Notes under the pieces: model-generated
The model's database searches: none
The model's input: only the letters and a program-made list of their open reading frames with translations
What the model was told of the DNA's origin: nothing
From: Ferruginibacter sp.
Lineage (GTDB): Bacteria; Bacteroidota; Bacteroidia; Chitinophagales; Chitinophagaceae
Length of the DNA: 56,787 bases
NCBI GenBank assembly: GCA_039926825.1
Contig: JBDSWG010000145.1
Location: forward strand, 1-56,787
Direction of reading: 5' to 3'
In this document: positions 47,687 to 56,787 of the stretch, one piece after another
How positions within the stretch are numbered: the stretch's first letter is position 1
How the letters are laid out: each line of letters starts with the position of its first letter
Position numbers and translations under genes: made by a program

Positions 47687-48748
47687 GCTTTTCTCCTTGC
47701 TCTTTCCGTATTGTTCTTCATAATAATGCTGGTAAGCTCCGGATGTTACATCCTGCAGCCATTCCTGGTTTGCCAGGTACCAATCAATTGTTTTTTGCAG
47801 CCCTTCCTCAAATTGAAGGGACGGCAACCAACCGAGTTCATCCTTCAGTTTTGTAGCATCTATTGCATAGCGCAAGTCGTGACCTGCCCTGTCTTTCACA
47901 AATGTTATCAACCCGGCAGAAGTGCCGCCTGGCCGGTTTAGTTTTTCATCCATTTGCCGGCACAATTCTCTTATCAATGCAATGTTGCTCCATTCATTGT
48001 GGCCACCAATATTGTAAGTTTCTCCTGTTTTTCCTTCATGAAAAATCAAATCAATTGCCCGGGCATGATCTTCTACAAACAACCAATCTCTTACATTTTC
48101 TCCTTTACCATAAATAGGCAGGGGCTTATTATTTATTATATTGGAAATGCATAGTGGAATTAATTTTTCCGGGAAATGATAAGGGCCATAATTATTACTG
48201 CAGTTGGAAATTTTTACGGGCAGCTTGTAAGTATGGTGCCAGGCTCTTACAAAATGATCTGAAGAAGCTTTGGAAGCGGAATACGGGCTGCGTGGGTCAT
48301 AGGCCGTGTCTTCATAAAAAAATCCTTCATCGCCCAGGGATCCATATACCTCATCGGTGGAAATGTGGTAAAATAGTTTATCCTCCATATTTCTCTGCCA
48401 GGCATTCTTAGCTGCCTGTAAGAGGTTTACCGTACCCAACACGTTTGTTCTTACAAAAGCTAAGGGATCTGTTATAGACCTGTCTACATGGCTTTCTGCC
48501 GCACAATGTAATACCGCATCAAAATTATATTGAGCAAATAATTTAGTGAGCAGTGCCTCATCGGTTATATCTCCTTTAATAAAAGTATAATTATCGCTTT
48601 TCTCAACATCCCTCAGGTTTTCCAGGTTGCCTGCATAAGTAAGTGCATCCAGGTTATAAATATGGTAGTCCGGGTATTTATTTACAAATAAGCGGGTAAG
48701 GTGTGAACCAATAAAACCTGCCCCACCAGTAATTAAAATCGATTTCAT
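47681..48748 (-). CDS. rfbB: dTDP-glucose 4,6-dehydratase
   Basis: ITGGAGFIGS, DALTYAGNL, AAESHVDRSI, HISTDEVYG, SPYSASKA, NCSNNYGP, DRAGHDLRYAID. Likely start MKSIL at 48748. Confidence 0.97.
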   Translation of the reverse strand: MKSILITGGAGFIGSHLTRLFVNKYPDYHIYNLDALTYAGNLENLRDVEKSDNYTFIKGDITDEALLTKLFAQYNFDAVLHCAAESHVDRSITDPLAFVRTNVLGTVNLLQAAKNAWQRNMEDKLFYHISTDEVYGSLGDEGFFYEDTAYDPRSPYSASKASSDHFVRAWHHTYKLPVKISNCSNNYGPYHFPEKLIPLCISNIINNKPLPIYGKGENVRDWLFVEDHARAIDLIFHEGKTGETYNIGGHNEWSNIALIRELCRQMDEKLNRPGGTSAGLITFVKDRAGHDLRYAIDATKLKDELGWLPSLQFEEGLQKTIDWYLANQEWLQDVTSGAYQHYYEEQYGKSKEKSV

Positions 48749-48763
48749 AAAATAAATTAGGCG

Positions 48764-48771
48764 CAAAAGTA
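48764..48771 (-). promoter_or_regulatory. Bacteroidota -7 promoter element TACTTTTG for rfbB
   Basis: CAAAAGTA on the + strand, 15 nt upstream of ATG 48748. Confidence 0.6.
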
Positions 48772-48835
48772 CAACAAGCAATTAAAAGCGTTGAGACTAA
48801 CCAAAAAGATGTTAGTTAAAATTAAACCTGGTGTT

Positions 48836-50143
48836 TTAAATTTCTTTTTTTGCCGGCTTCAGCTTCCAGGCAAAAACACCGGCATATAATAAAGCAAGTG
48901 CTGGTAGCCGGTACCGTGTTATAGTTCCGAGGTTAAATGCTGTTGCGCCAACGACAATGCCCATAAATAAAGAGAATAATATAGCAAAACCGATTACCCG
49001 GGAATGATTATGATGCATAACAGTGGGGAGGTATTTAATTTTTTTAAACAGGAGATAATATAAAAACAGGTTTTCTAATATTACAAAAAGGTAAACTATC
49101 TTCCTGAGTTCCCAGGGGTATGGGCGTGTAAACACAGTAATAAAACCCTGTAAGCATAATTTGAAAAAACCATAAGTGGTATTTTCAAAAGTCATCATAA
49201 TTGTACTATCTCCTGGTTGAGCCATGTATGCATATACATCAAAAAATTTCCGGGACTGCGTCATGGCTTCCTCAATTCCCAGGTTATACCAATCGCTTAT
49301 ATTCTCAAGATTGAAGATAACGAATACAAAAATTATAAAAAGGAATACCCCTTTGCCAGCGAGTTTCAGGGAATTGAAGAAAACCACGAAATATACCAGG
49401 AATAACGAAAGGGCAAAAACGAAAAATATGTATGATTTTATATAAAACAGGATTACAGCACCCAGGCAAATGAAAATGGAGCGCCGCAGGATATTTTTTT
49501 TGGAGGCGAAAATATTGAAGAATAGAATGCCCAGGCCGAAAAGGGAAATTGGATCTTTTAAAATACCGCTGCCCCAGAACCAGAGAGAGGGTATATAAAG
49601 GCTCAGGTACGCAAACTGCCTTTCAAAGCCGGGAAAAATAGTGGTGAAAGTTTTAAAAATATACCAGCAACCTAAAAATGATAGCGTGCCGAAACATAAG
49701 GATATACCGAGGTAAGAATCAAAACAAAAAATATTAAACAGCGAACCGACTTTGCTTACATTGGCATTTTCCGTGGATTGGTAAACGAATGACGCTTCTT
49801 TATACACTTCCTGCACCCTGTCTATATATTTTAATACATCAGGATGCGAAGACGTAGGATCAGAAAACATAATTCTTACCCAGGCTGTAAAATCATGATA
49901 AAAAAACTCCCGCAGAATCTGCGTGTTTGTGTAATATGCGTATGTATCCCCATACCCATATATATACTGGTAAATAATGGCAATAAAAATGGTACCCACC
50001 ACCCGAAGCAAAAAACCCGGGAACATATATTTCTGCAACTCTGGTGGCTGGTGTTTTTTGAAATAGCGCAGCAGCATCCATATAATGCACAGCATTAAAG
50101 GAAAAACGATTAAATCAACTGTATTGAATAACTGAGTTTTCAA
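48836..50143 (-). CDS. Polytopic membrane protein, GT-C/Wzy-like (paralogue 2 of 3, TTG start)
   Basis: YGYGDTYAY, LYIPSLWFWGSGILKDP, TRPYPWE, FNLGTITRYRLP. Many TM segments. Confidence 0.6.
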   Translation of the reverse strand: MKTQLFNTVDLIVFPLMLCIIWMLLRYFKKHQPPELQKYMFPGFLLRVVGTIFIAIIYQYIYGYGDTYAYYTNTQILREFFYHDFTAWVRIMFSDPTSSHPDVLKYIDRVQEVYKEASFVYQSTENANVSKVGSLFNIFCFDSYLGISLCFGTLSFLGCWYIFKTFTTIFPGFERQFAYLSLYIPSLWFWGSGILKDPISLFGLGILFFNIFASKKNILRRSIFICLGAVILFYIKSYIFFVFALSLFLVYFVVFFNSLKLAGKGVFLFIIFVFVIFNLENISDWYNLGIEEAMTQSRKFFDVYAYMAQPGDSTIMMTFENTTYGFFKLCLQGFITVFTRPYPWELRKIVYLFVILENLFLYYLLFKKIKYLPTVMHHNHSRVIGFAILFSLFMGIVVGATAFNLGTITRYRLPALALLYAGVFAWKLKPAKKEI

Positions 50144-50232
50144 ATGCTGTTGTTTATTTCCACGGAAGAAATTCCAGGTTCAGGCAAACATTTTACCCTG
50201 TTAATCCCCAGGATTATATTCTTTTAATATTT

Positions 50233-51603
50233 TCATTGCTTTATTGTTTCCACTATTTCCAAATTATTTGCGTGCAACAAAATTTCGTTTTCCTTCTCTA
50301 CAGCTGCCTTACGCTTATTCAGCTTCCAGGCAAATATGCCGGAAAAAAGAAAGGCCAATGCGGGCACCCGGTACCTGGCTATAGCACCCAGGTTGAAGGT
50401 TGTAATGCCGATAACAATGCCCATTAATAAAGTAAAATAGAGACAGAACTGAACAACTTTTCTGTTATTCTTGGTGAAAACAACAGGCCCGATTTTAAAT
50501 TTTTTAAACAGCAGGTAGTACATCAGCAAATTTTCCATGATCACAAATAAATAAACCAGCTTTCGGAACTCCCAGGGAAAAGGGCGCATATAAACAGTAA
50601 TTAAGCCTTGTATACTCATTCTAAAAAAGCCCAGGGGGCTAGGATCGAAATTGTAAATTACTGTACTGTCGCCCACTTCAGCCCCGCTAGTGTAGCTATC
50701 AAAGAAAACTTTAGATTGATCTACCAGGCTTAAAAAACCTTTTTGTACTGCAGATGCTATCGGCCCGATGGTGATGGCCAGCCCAGCCAGTACAAAAAAT
50801 CCAAACACCACTTTACCGCCTATCTGTAACTTTTTGTAGAAGTGCGATACCAGTACAATGGAAAATGATATGGTAAAAACATAGAAGATATAGCCCTTCA
50901 GGTTATACAATATGACCAACCCAAAAAACATATAGAAAGCACGGGCTATTAAACTTTTGTCCGAAGCATAAGCATTATATAATAAAATGCCAATAGCAAA
51001 TATGCAGAGCGGATCTTTCAGCAACCCACTTCCCCAGAACCAAAGCGAAGGAATATAAAGACACAGCCAGGCAAATTGCTTTTCGTAACCCGGAAATATT
51101 TTGGTAAAGGTTTTAAACACATACCAGCAACCGATAAAAGAAAAAGTGCCAAAAAAAAGTGCAATACTGAGGTAAGAATTAAAGCATACGAGGTTGAAGA
51201 CAGAAGCCACTTTGCAAAGGTTTGCATTCTCTACAGACTGGTAAACCAGGGCTGCAATGGCATTCATGTTTTCAACCAGGTTCAGATAAGTCTGAACATC
51301 TGCATTCTTGCTCCGGGGGTCAGAAAAGAGAACGGTAACCCAGGATCCAAAATTGTCAGTCATGAGGGCGTGCATGGCTTTTACATTCATGAAAAAACCA
51401 TACGTATCGCCATAACCATATACAAATTCGTAAATGACTGCAATGCTAAAAGTACCCAGGACACGTAAAAAAAATGCATTGAAAAAATACTTCTGAATAT
51501 TTTCAGGCTGTTTTTTCTTCAAACGCCTGAGCGAGAATATGATTAAAAGCAAAACCAGCGGAAAGACAATAAAATCTATCCCATTGAACAATGATATATT
51601 CAA
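50233..51603 (-). CDS. Polytopic membrane protein, GT-C/Wzy-like (paralogue 3 of 3, TTG start)
   Basis: YGYGDTYGF, LYIPSLWFWGSGLLKDP, MRPFPWE, FNLGAIARYRVP. Tandem duplicate of 48836..50143. Confidence 0.6.
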   Translation of the reverse strand: MNISLFNGIDFIVFPLVLLLIIFSLRRLKKKQPENIQKYFFNAFFLRVLGTFSIAVIYEFVYGYGDTYGFFMNVKAMHALMTDNFGSWVTVLFSDPRSKNADVQTYLNLVENMNAIAALVYQSVENANLCKVASVFNLVCFNSYLSIALFFGTFSFIGCWYVFKTFTKIFPGYEKQFAWLCLYIPSLWFWGSGLLKDPLCIFAIGILLYNAYASDKSLIARAFYMFFGLVILYNLKGYIFYVFTISFSIVLVSHFYKKLQIGGKVVFGFFVLAGLAITIGPIASAVQKGFLSLVDQSKVFFDSYTSGAEVGDSTVIYNFDPSPLGFFRMSIQGLITVYMRPFPWEFRKLVYLFVIMENLLMYYLLFKKFKIGPVVFTKNNRKVVQFCLYFTLLMGIVIGITTFNLGAIARYRVPALAFLFSGIFAWKLNKRKAAVEKENEILLHANNLEIVETIKQ

Positions 51604-51814
51604 AATATGAGATTTTAATACAACGGCTTCTAAAGGCTGTTACAAATAACGAATCATAGTAATCGTTATACTGTAACTCACGAAAGATGGCCAATGAGTG
51701 AACGCTTCAGAAGCTATTTCTGTTTTGCCAAGTGCAATATTACAGAAAAATGACTAAAGAATCGGGTGGACAAGAACCACAGGGTTAAATACATTTATGT
51801 AATACAGGTTGCTA

Positions 51815-52765
51815 TTAAAAAATATCCATGTCGCCGAACCACAGGTTAAAATCAGTTTCTGCAAGGCTTGTTGTCTCTTCGTCACTTAAACCCTTTACTA
51901 AAAAATTGAACCTGTGCTGAAACTGCTTACTGAATGAGCCGGGATTATATGGCAGATCAGCCAGGTTGTATGCCAGCACGCCTGCATGAAATTTAGAAGC
52001 GGCAAATTTCCTGGAAGTATTCATGAGTATGGGATAATTAGCCTTTTCTACAAAAATCATATCCATCAACACCAGGAAAGGAACTTTTTTCCTTTGTACC
52101 CGTTTCAAAATAATATACCCAATAACTTCCTGCCTGTTCTTCACCTCCAATACAAATAATTCATTAGAGCTGTACTGCCCATACCGCCAGGTGTAATATT
52201 GTGCATCTTTCATTAATGCGTTATCCGGCGCCAGCTTTTCATTTATAAATTGCTTTGGAATTTCATTTACTGAGGGCAGCACTTTGTACCGCACACCCGG
52301 CGACCCGGCGGTAAGGCGGGGCAACAAAAAAAATACATCCGGGCATTTAGCTTTTACATACCCAAATTTTCCCAAAAAAATGGGCGTACTCATATCATTT
52401 GTAAACGTAAGAAAGGCTGTAACACCATTTTCATTTATATTTTGCTGATGAGTATGGTTGTAGAGTTTATTAAATAAGCCCATCCCTCTTACACGCCCGG
52501 ATGTAAGTACATTCTGGGGCATAGCAACCTTTACAACCTGGTTATGAATTTTAAATGAAAAATTATTTGTAGTAGCGAAACCCTCTATCCTGTCTGCCTC
52601 GTTTACTTTCCATATGGCATAAGCACCGCTGGGGTTATCCAGGTACCAATGCCGGAGAAATGCTTCAGACATATTTTCATTTCCCCCGTTTTCTTTTGCT
52701 AAAAGAGTGACTTCCCCGAAATCTTTTTCAGCAATTTTATCAAACTTAAACTGCCTGTCGCTCAT
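51815..52765 (-). CDS. GNAT-fold N-acyltransferase (tandem GNAT-like domains)
   Basis: FLRHWYLDNP, NVLTSGRVRGMGLFNKL (acyl-CoA motif A), TFTNDMS, YYTWRY, C-terminal GDMDIF. Confidence 0.75.
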   Translation of the reverse strand: MSDRQFKFDKIAEKDFGEVTLLAKENGGNENMSEAFLRHWYLDNPSGAYAIWKVNEADRIEGFATTNNFSFKIHNQVVKVAMPQNVLTSGRVRGMGLFNKLYNHTHQQNINENGVTAFLTFTNDMSTPIFLGKFGYVKAKCPDVFFLLPRLTAGSPGVRYKVLPSVNEIPKQFINEKLAPDNALMKDAQYYTWRYGQYSSNELFVLEVKNRQEVIGYIILKRVQRKKVPFLVLMDMIFVEKANYPILMNTSRKFAASKFHAGVLAYNLADLPYNPGSFSKQFQHRFNFLVKGLSDEETTSLAETDFNLWFGDMDIF

Positions 52766-53732
52766 TTGCCTGGATTTTTTTTGCTAACTCTGTCATCGTA
52801 TAACTAATAAAACCGTATTTAATATTAAGCTCATTATAATAAGAAAGCACCTGCCCCAGGAAGGCAATATTTTCCTCAATATGGTTACCAAAATTATGAG
52901 GGTGCCACCAAAGATGATAGGTGCTGTTATGGGTAGCTGCATGTAACATTCCTGTTTTAATACGCCTTAACCGCCATTTATCTAAAAAAGAAAGGGTCCT
53001 ACTATAGGGCCTGAGAAAACGGCTGGCAGGAATATTCACAAAATCTTTATTAGCAACAGAGACGTCGCTGAAAGTATGATGGCCGGTAATGTTTACATAA
53101 ACATCCAGGAGCCGGACCCCCCGCCGTATTAAAGATTCTTTGTCACTATTACGCGGCTCGTATATCCAGGACAATTCATTGCCACGGTAGCAAATTAAAC
53201 CAGCTTTTTTACACACCTCCAGGTAAGCATCATTATACTGGTTGCGTGGGAAAACGATTGAAGTAAAGGATATGTCATTATCTGCAGCTACTTTTATAGC
53301 CATTTTCAAATCATCTTCAAATTCAGAAATATTCTGCCCGTTTTCTAGTGTATAATAGTGGGAATATGTATGGGTTCCTATTTCCTGGCCCGGGGTGTGG
53401 GCAATAAGTTTTATCAGTTCCGGGGCAAAATAATATGCAGGATCTTCTATTTTATCAAATTCATCATGATAGGGGGAAAGATTTTGATCAGCATAACCCG
53501 GCTTTTTTCCAGGAATATTTTCCAACAAATCCTGCTTATTCTTTAAGAATAAAAAGCCGACTATTGCAAATGTGCCTTTAATATTGTGCCGGGTGAATTC
53601 TTCCAGCAACCGGGGAATTACAGTATGTACATTTTTAATATTATCCCCGTATGTGGCAATAGATCTTTTATCCCTTACCCCCCATAAAAGTTCAAAATCC
53701 AGTGAAATGATAAATTTTCCGTGTTGTTCCAT
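52746..53732 (-). CDS. Polysaccharide deacetylase family protein
   Basis: ISLDFELLWG, TFAIVG, EIGTHTYSH, SIVFPRNQ, YHLWWHPHNFG. Confidence 0.9.
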   Translation of the reverse strand: MEQHGKFIISLDFELLWGVRDKRSIATYGDNIKNVHTVIPRLLEEFTRHNIKGTFAIVGFLFLKNKQDLLENIPGKKPGYADQNLSPYHDEFDKIEDPAYYFAPELIKLIAHTPGQEIGTHTYSHYYTLENGQNISEFEDDLKMAIKVAADNDISFTSIVFPRNQYNDAYLEVCKKAGLICYRGNELSWIYEPRNSDKESLIRRGVRLLDVYVNITGHHTFSDVSVANKDFVNIPASRFLRPYSRTLSFLDKWRLRRIKTGMLHAATHNSTYHLWWHPHNFGNHIEENIAFLGQVLSYYNELNIKYGFISYTMTELAKKIQANERQAV

Positions 53733-53953
53733 AAAAAGCCAATAATCCGTCCGATTCGTACCTATTCCTGTTTAGTAGGAAGGCGTAAAAGTAGGATTTG
53801 CATCCTTATTATTAGAACAAGTTTGAAAACTATTTACATAAACTCCCTCACTCCGTTGAAAGTAAGCCAAGCTTATACAAAACAGTTATTATTGCAATTT
53901 GATAATGATTGTACCTTCTGTTCTAAATTAATTAATTTCGCAAAAATTATTAA

Positions 53954-54199
53954 ATGGAACTCAATAACCTATTACAGGATTTAACACCCGTATTCAGAAG
54001 TGAATTAGATGATGATAACATTGTGCTGACGCCGGAAACGACAGCCGACAATGTAGAAAATTGGGATTCTATCACCAACATTCAATTGATTGTGGCTATA
54101 GAGAAAAAATATAAGATCAGGTTTACTTCCAAAGAAATACAACAATTTAAAAATGTTGGTGAACTGGCAGAATCATTACGCTCAAAAATTAACGGGTAA
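53954..54199 (+). CDS. Acyl carrier protein
   Basis: 81 aa, acidic, WDSITNIQL phosphopantetheine Ser motif, KNVGEL. TAATTTCG -7-like element at 53933-53940. Confidence 0.9.
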   Translation: MELNNLLQDLTPVFRSELDDDNIVLTPETTADNVENWDSITNIQLIVAIEKKYKIRFTSKEIQQFKNVGELAESLRSKING

Positions 54200-54209
54200 T
54201 ATTCGCTGC

Positions 54210-55025
54210 ATGGAATTTTTACAAAATTTAATATCCCAAAGCAGGTTACTGGAAGTATTGCATGAAAATCTTCCTGCAGAAATGAAAAGCGACCCGCTTT
54301 ATTTACAGGTAGAAAAATACCTGGCAGCGTATTGTGACTTCAACAATATAAGTGCGGAGAAAGCAATACATGAATATACGCGGTACATCAGCCAGTACAA
54401 TAAAGATTGTAAGGCTTTTGCCAAAACGGGTGAGTATCCCCTGGAGGCTGACAAAACCGAATTCACCATAAGCCGGGAATCTTATGATGTTGTATTGATG
54501 CTTTCGGTATTATTTACCCGTCACCGCTTCAGCATCATGTCTTTGCTGCAGCAATATGCAGGAGATGCCACCGAAGCACTTTATATCGGGCTGGGCTCCG
54601 GCCTGGAGATTGATCTCACAAAAAATTCTTTCCGGCATATTACAGGTTATGACCTAACGGTAAATGATTTTTTGGCAACAAAATTTCCATCTGCCTCCCT
54701 GCATAGCACTTTGTATACCGGGCAACAGGCTGATCATTTTGACGCAATCTTCCTGATAGAATTACTGGAACACCTGGATGATCCTTATGATCTCATTAAA
54801 ATCTGTTACAACTCTTTAAAGAAAAATGGCCGCGTGCTGCTCACAACGGCTACCGATATCCCACAGTTTGATCATTTGTATAAGTTTGCTGTAGATCACA
54901 TGGATTTTGAAGAAAAAATAAAAGCCATAGGTTTTCGTATTGTTTTCAAAGAAAAAATTACCCATCAGTATTTATCCATCAACATCAGCCCCTGCAACCA
55001 TTTCTATGTAATTGAAAAGGCGTAA
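54210..55025 (+). CDS. Class I SAM-dependent methyltransferase-fold protein
   Basis: LYIGLGSG (motif I variant), TGYDL, FDAIFLIELLEHLDDP, LKKNGRVLLT. Likely start MEFLQ at 54210. Confidence 0.78.
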   Translation: MEFLQNLISQSRLLEVLHENLPAEMKSDPLYLQVEKYLAAYCDFNNISAEKAIHEYTRYISQYNKDCKAFAKTGEYPLEADKTEFTISRESYDVVLMLSVLFTRHRFSIMSLLQQYAGDATEALYIGLGSGLEIDLTKNSFRHITGYDLTVNDFLATKFPSASLHSTLYTGQQADHFDAIFLIELLEHLDDPYDLIKICYNSLKKNGRVLLTTATDIPQFDHLYKFAVDHMDFEEKIKAIGFRIVFKEKITHQYLSINISPCNHFYVIEKA

Positions 55026-55030
55026 CGTGT

Positions 55031-56452
55031 ATGCAGTTTAATTCTATCATTTTTTTCGTTTTTTACGCTGTCCTACTCCTGCTTTATTTTATTGTACCGA
55101 AGGCTGGGCGCTGGCTGGTATTGCTGGCAGGAAGTATATATTTCTATTTATGTTTTGAGCCCGTTTATGCCCTGGTATTGGCATTCGTTATTTTAATAGA
55201 TTACGGCGCTGCTATTGCTATTCACAAAACAAAAGTTGCTTCCCGAAAAAACCTGTTTTACCTGGTGGCACTTATCAGTAACATCGCCATCCTTATCTTT
55301 TTTAAATATTTTAATTTTCTCAACAGTTCCTTAACTGACCTGTTAAGTTTTATACACATCAGCAACCCGGTTCCATTTGTAAAAATTTTATTACCAATTG
55401 GTATTTCCTATTTTATTTTTTCTTCTATCAGTTACCTGATAGATGTAAAAAATGAACGGATATTACCGGAGAGAAATATCGGGTATTACACGTTGTATGT
55501 ATCGTTTTTCCCGCATATCAGCAGCGGGCCGATAGCACGGGCAACGTACCTTTTACCCCAGTTTCGTAAGCCACAAGTCTTTACTACAGAAAACTTTTAT
55601 ATAGGTAGTACACAGGTGATGTATGGGCTTTTTAAAAAATCGGTCGTGGGAGATCGCCTGGGCGATTATGTATCCGTTTATTTTAGTAACATAGAGCATA
55701 CCTCCGGATTTTCCACAGTCATAGCCTGCTGGTTATTTCTCTTCCAGTTGTATGCTGACTTCTCCGGGTATAGCGATATGGCGGTAGGTTTCGCACGGAT
55801 ATTCGGCATACGGATTATTAATAACTTCCAGTTGCCATTGTTTTCTAAAACGATGACCGAACTATGGCGGCGCTGGCATATCTCTCTGTCGCTTTGGATG
55901 CGTGATTATTTGTTTACACCCATAACCATTGCAAAGAGGAATTGGGGGAAATATGCTGTTGTCTTCAGCCAGATGATAACGTTTGCCATTGTGGGTATAT
56001 GGCATGGCGCCGGCTGGCAATTTCTTTTTTATGGTATCATTCATGGTATTTATTTAAGTTCCGAATTCCTGCTGAAAATAAAATCATCCTATTTCAATAA
56101 ATCATTTTTAAGAAAATGCCTGGGTGTTTTCATTACATTTAATCTGCTCAGTTTTTCCCTGGTATTTTTCCGAAGCCAGAATATGGCAGAAGTGATATAT
56201 ACATTTAAAAATATTATTACCAATTTTGCGCCGGTAAAACTTTATATCCCCGATGCCATTCAGTATTTTACGATGCTGCTAATGCTGGGAATATTACTGG
56301 CGCTGGAGTATTTTGTATTGCGTAAGAATACCTGGGAAATGTTGTTGCATCGCAAGCCGGCATTCCTGATGTTTATATGTCTTAGTTTTTTTATGCTGAT
56401 ACTCTGGTTTGGAATCTCCAGCAGTAAACAATTTATTTACTTCCAGTTTTAG
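55031..56452 (+). CDS. MBOAT family O-acyltransferase (AlgI/DltB-like)
   Basis: FFKYFNF, LPIGISY, FFPHISSGPI, YADFSGYSDMAVG, LWRRWHISLS, GIWHGA (catalytic His). Confidence 0.93.
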   Translation: MQFNSIIFFVFYAVLLLLYFIVPKAGRWLVLLAGSIYFYLCFEPVYALVLAFVILIDYGAAIAIHKTKVASRKNLFYLVALISNIAILIFFKYFNFLNSSLTDLLSFIHISNPVPFVKILLPIGISYFIFSSISYLIDVKNERILPERNIGYYTLYVSFFPHISSGPIARATYLLPQFRKPQVFTTENFYIGSTQVMYGLFKKSVVGDRLGDYVSVYFSNIEHTSGFSTVIACWLFLFQLYADFSGYSDMAVGFARIFGIRIINNFQLPLFSKTMTELWRRWHISLSLWMRDYLFTPITIAKRNWGKYAVVFSQMITFAIVGIWHGAGWQFLFYGIIHGIYLSSEFLLKIKSSYFNKSFLRKCLGVFITFNLLSFSLVFFRSQNMAEVIYTFKNIITNFAPVKLYIPDAIQYFTMLLMLGILLALEYFVLRKNTWEMLLHRKPAFLMFICLSFFMLILWFGISSSKQFIYFQF

Positions 56453-56462
56453 AATAAAAAAT

Positions 56463-56787
56463 ATGAAATTATTCAGAAACATAGTCATCTTTTTAATACT
56501 GGTTAAGCTACTGGACCTGGCGTTGTTTTACACCATGAATTATTTTTATACGCATACTTATGCCGGCCAGGATGGCGGAGACCTGAACAAATATTTACAG
56601 GACCCTAACCCGCCGGATCTGGTGATATTAGGATCATCCACTGCAAGGTTCCAGGTAAATCCGGATAGCTTCCCTGTGAAAGCCTGCAACATTGCACGTG
56701 CCATGACGGAAGACAGTTACCAGTTGGGTGTTATTTCTGTTATGATAAAGAATAACAAGACGCCCAAAAATATTTTGCTTTCCCTGT
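56463..56787 (+). CDS. Membrane-anchored SGNH-like (AlgJ/DltD-like) protein, truncated by the right edge
   Basis: Manual translation MKLFRNIVIFLILVKLLDLALFY...PDLVILGSSTARFQVNP. N-terminal TM, then a G-S-S block, directly after the MBOAT gene. Confidence 0.65.
   Translation, partial: MKLFRNIVIFLILVKLLDLALFYTMNYFYTHTYAGQDGGDLNKYLQDPNPPDLVILGSSTARFQVNPDSFPVKACNIARAMTEDSYQLGVISVMIKNNKTPKNILLSL

Noticed and set aside
37-56488. Numerous 60-190 aa ORFs antisense to or overlapping the called genes (e.g. 7106..7684, 5324..5839, 27120..27374, 53721..53984)
   Set aside because: They are shadows of well-supported genes or span promoter regions, and have no recognisable motifs.

Overview
A 56.8-kb chromosomal window from a Bacteroidota genome, probably Chitinophagaceae-like. 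The lineage is inferred from gene content and repeated TAnnTTTG -7 promoter elements. From left to right it holds: (1) a TetR-TolC-MFP-RND efflux operon cut by the left edge; (2) housekeeping genes (DUF502, S1/P1-type nuclease, serC, DUF1015, TPR, YceI, long-chain acyl-CoA ligase); (3) a 13-kb signalling island with four PAS histidine kinases (about 17 PAS domains) and four response regulators; (4) a divergent DNA-damage module (SplB-like radical SAM, degenerate 2H phosphoesterase, non-catalytic-looking UmuD homologue) centred on a CTAA-N5-TTAG palindrome; (5) a CarH/LitR-type MerR, an ECF sigma and a carotenoid cluster (crtI, crtB, idi, crtD, cruF, crtZ, crtY-type); (6) a large surface-polysaccharide locus (glycosyltransferases, glf, asnB, wzx, rfbA/B, three paralogous GT-C/Wzy-like membrane proteins, GNAT, deacetylase, ACP-methyltransferase-MBOAT-SGNH) cut by the right edge. 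No rRNA, tRNA, CRISPR array, integrase or transposase was seen. The most unusual signal is a four-helix-bundle (23S-IVP-like) gene between rfbB and rfbA. It has an apparent internal deletion and is bracketed by mutually complementary GTTTAG/CTAAAC repeat arrays. The second most unusual is the SOS-box module, in which two of the three proteins appear to have lost catalytic residues. All product calls come from motif recognition by eye; no database searches were run.
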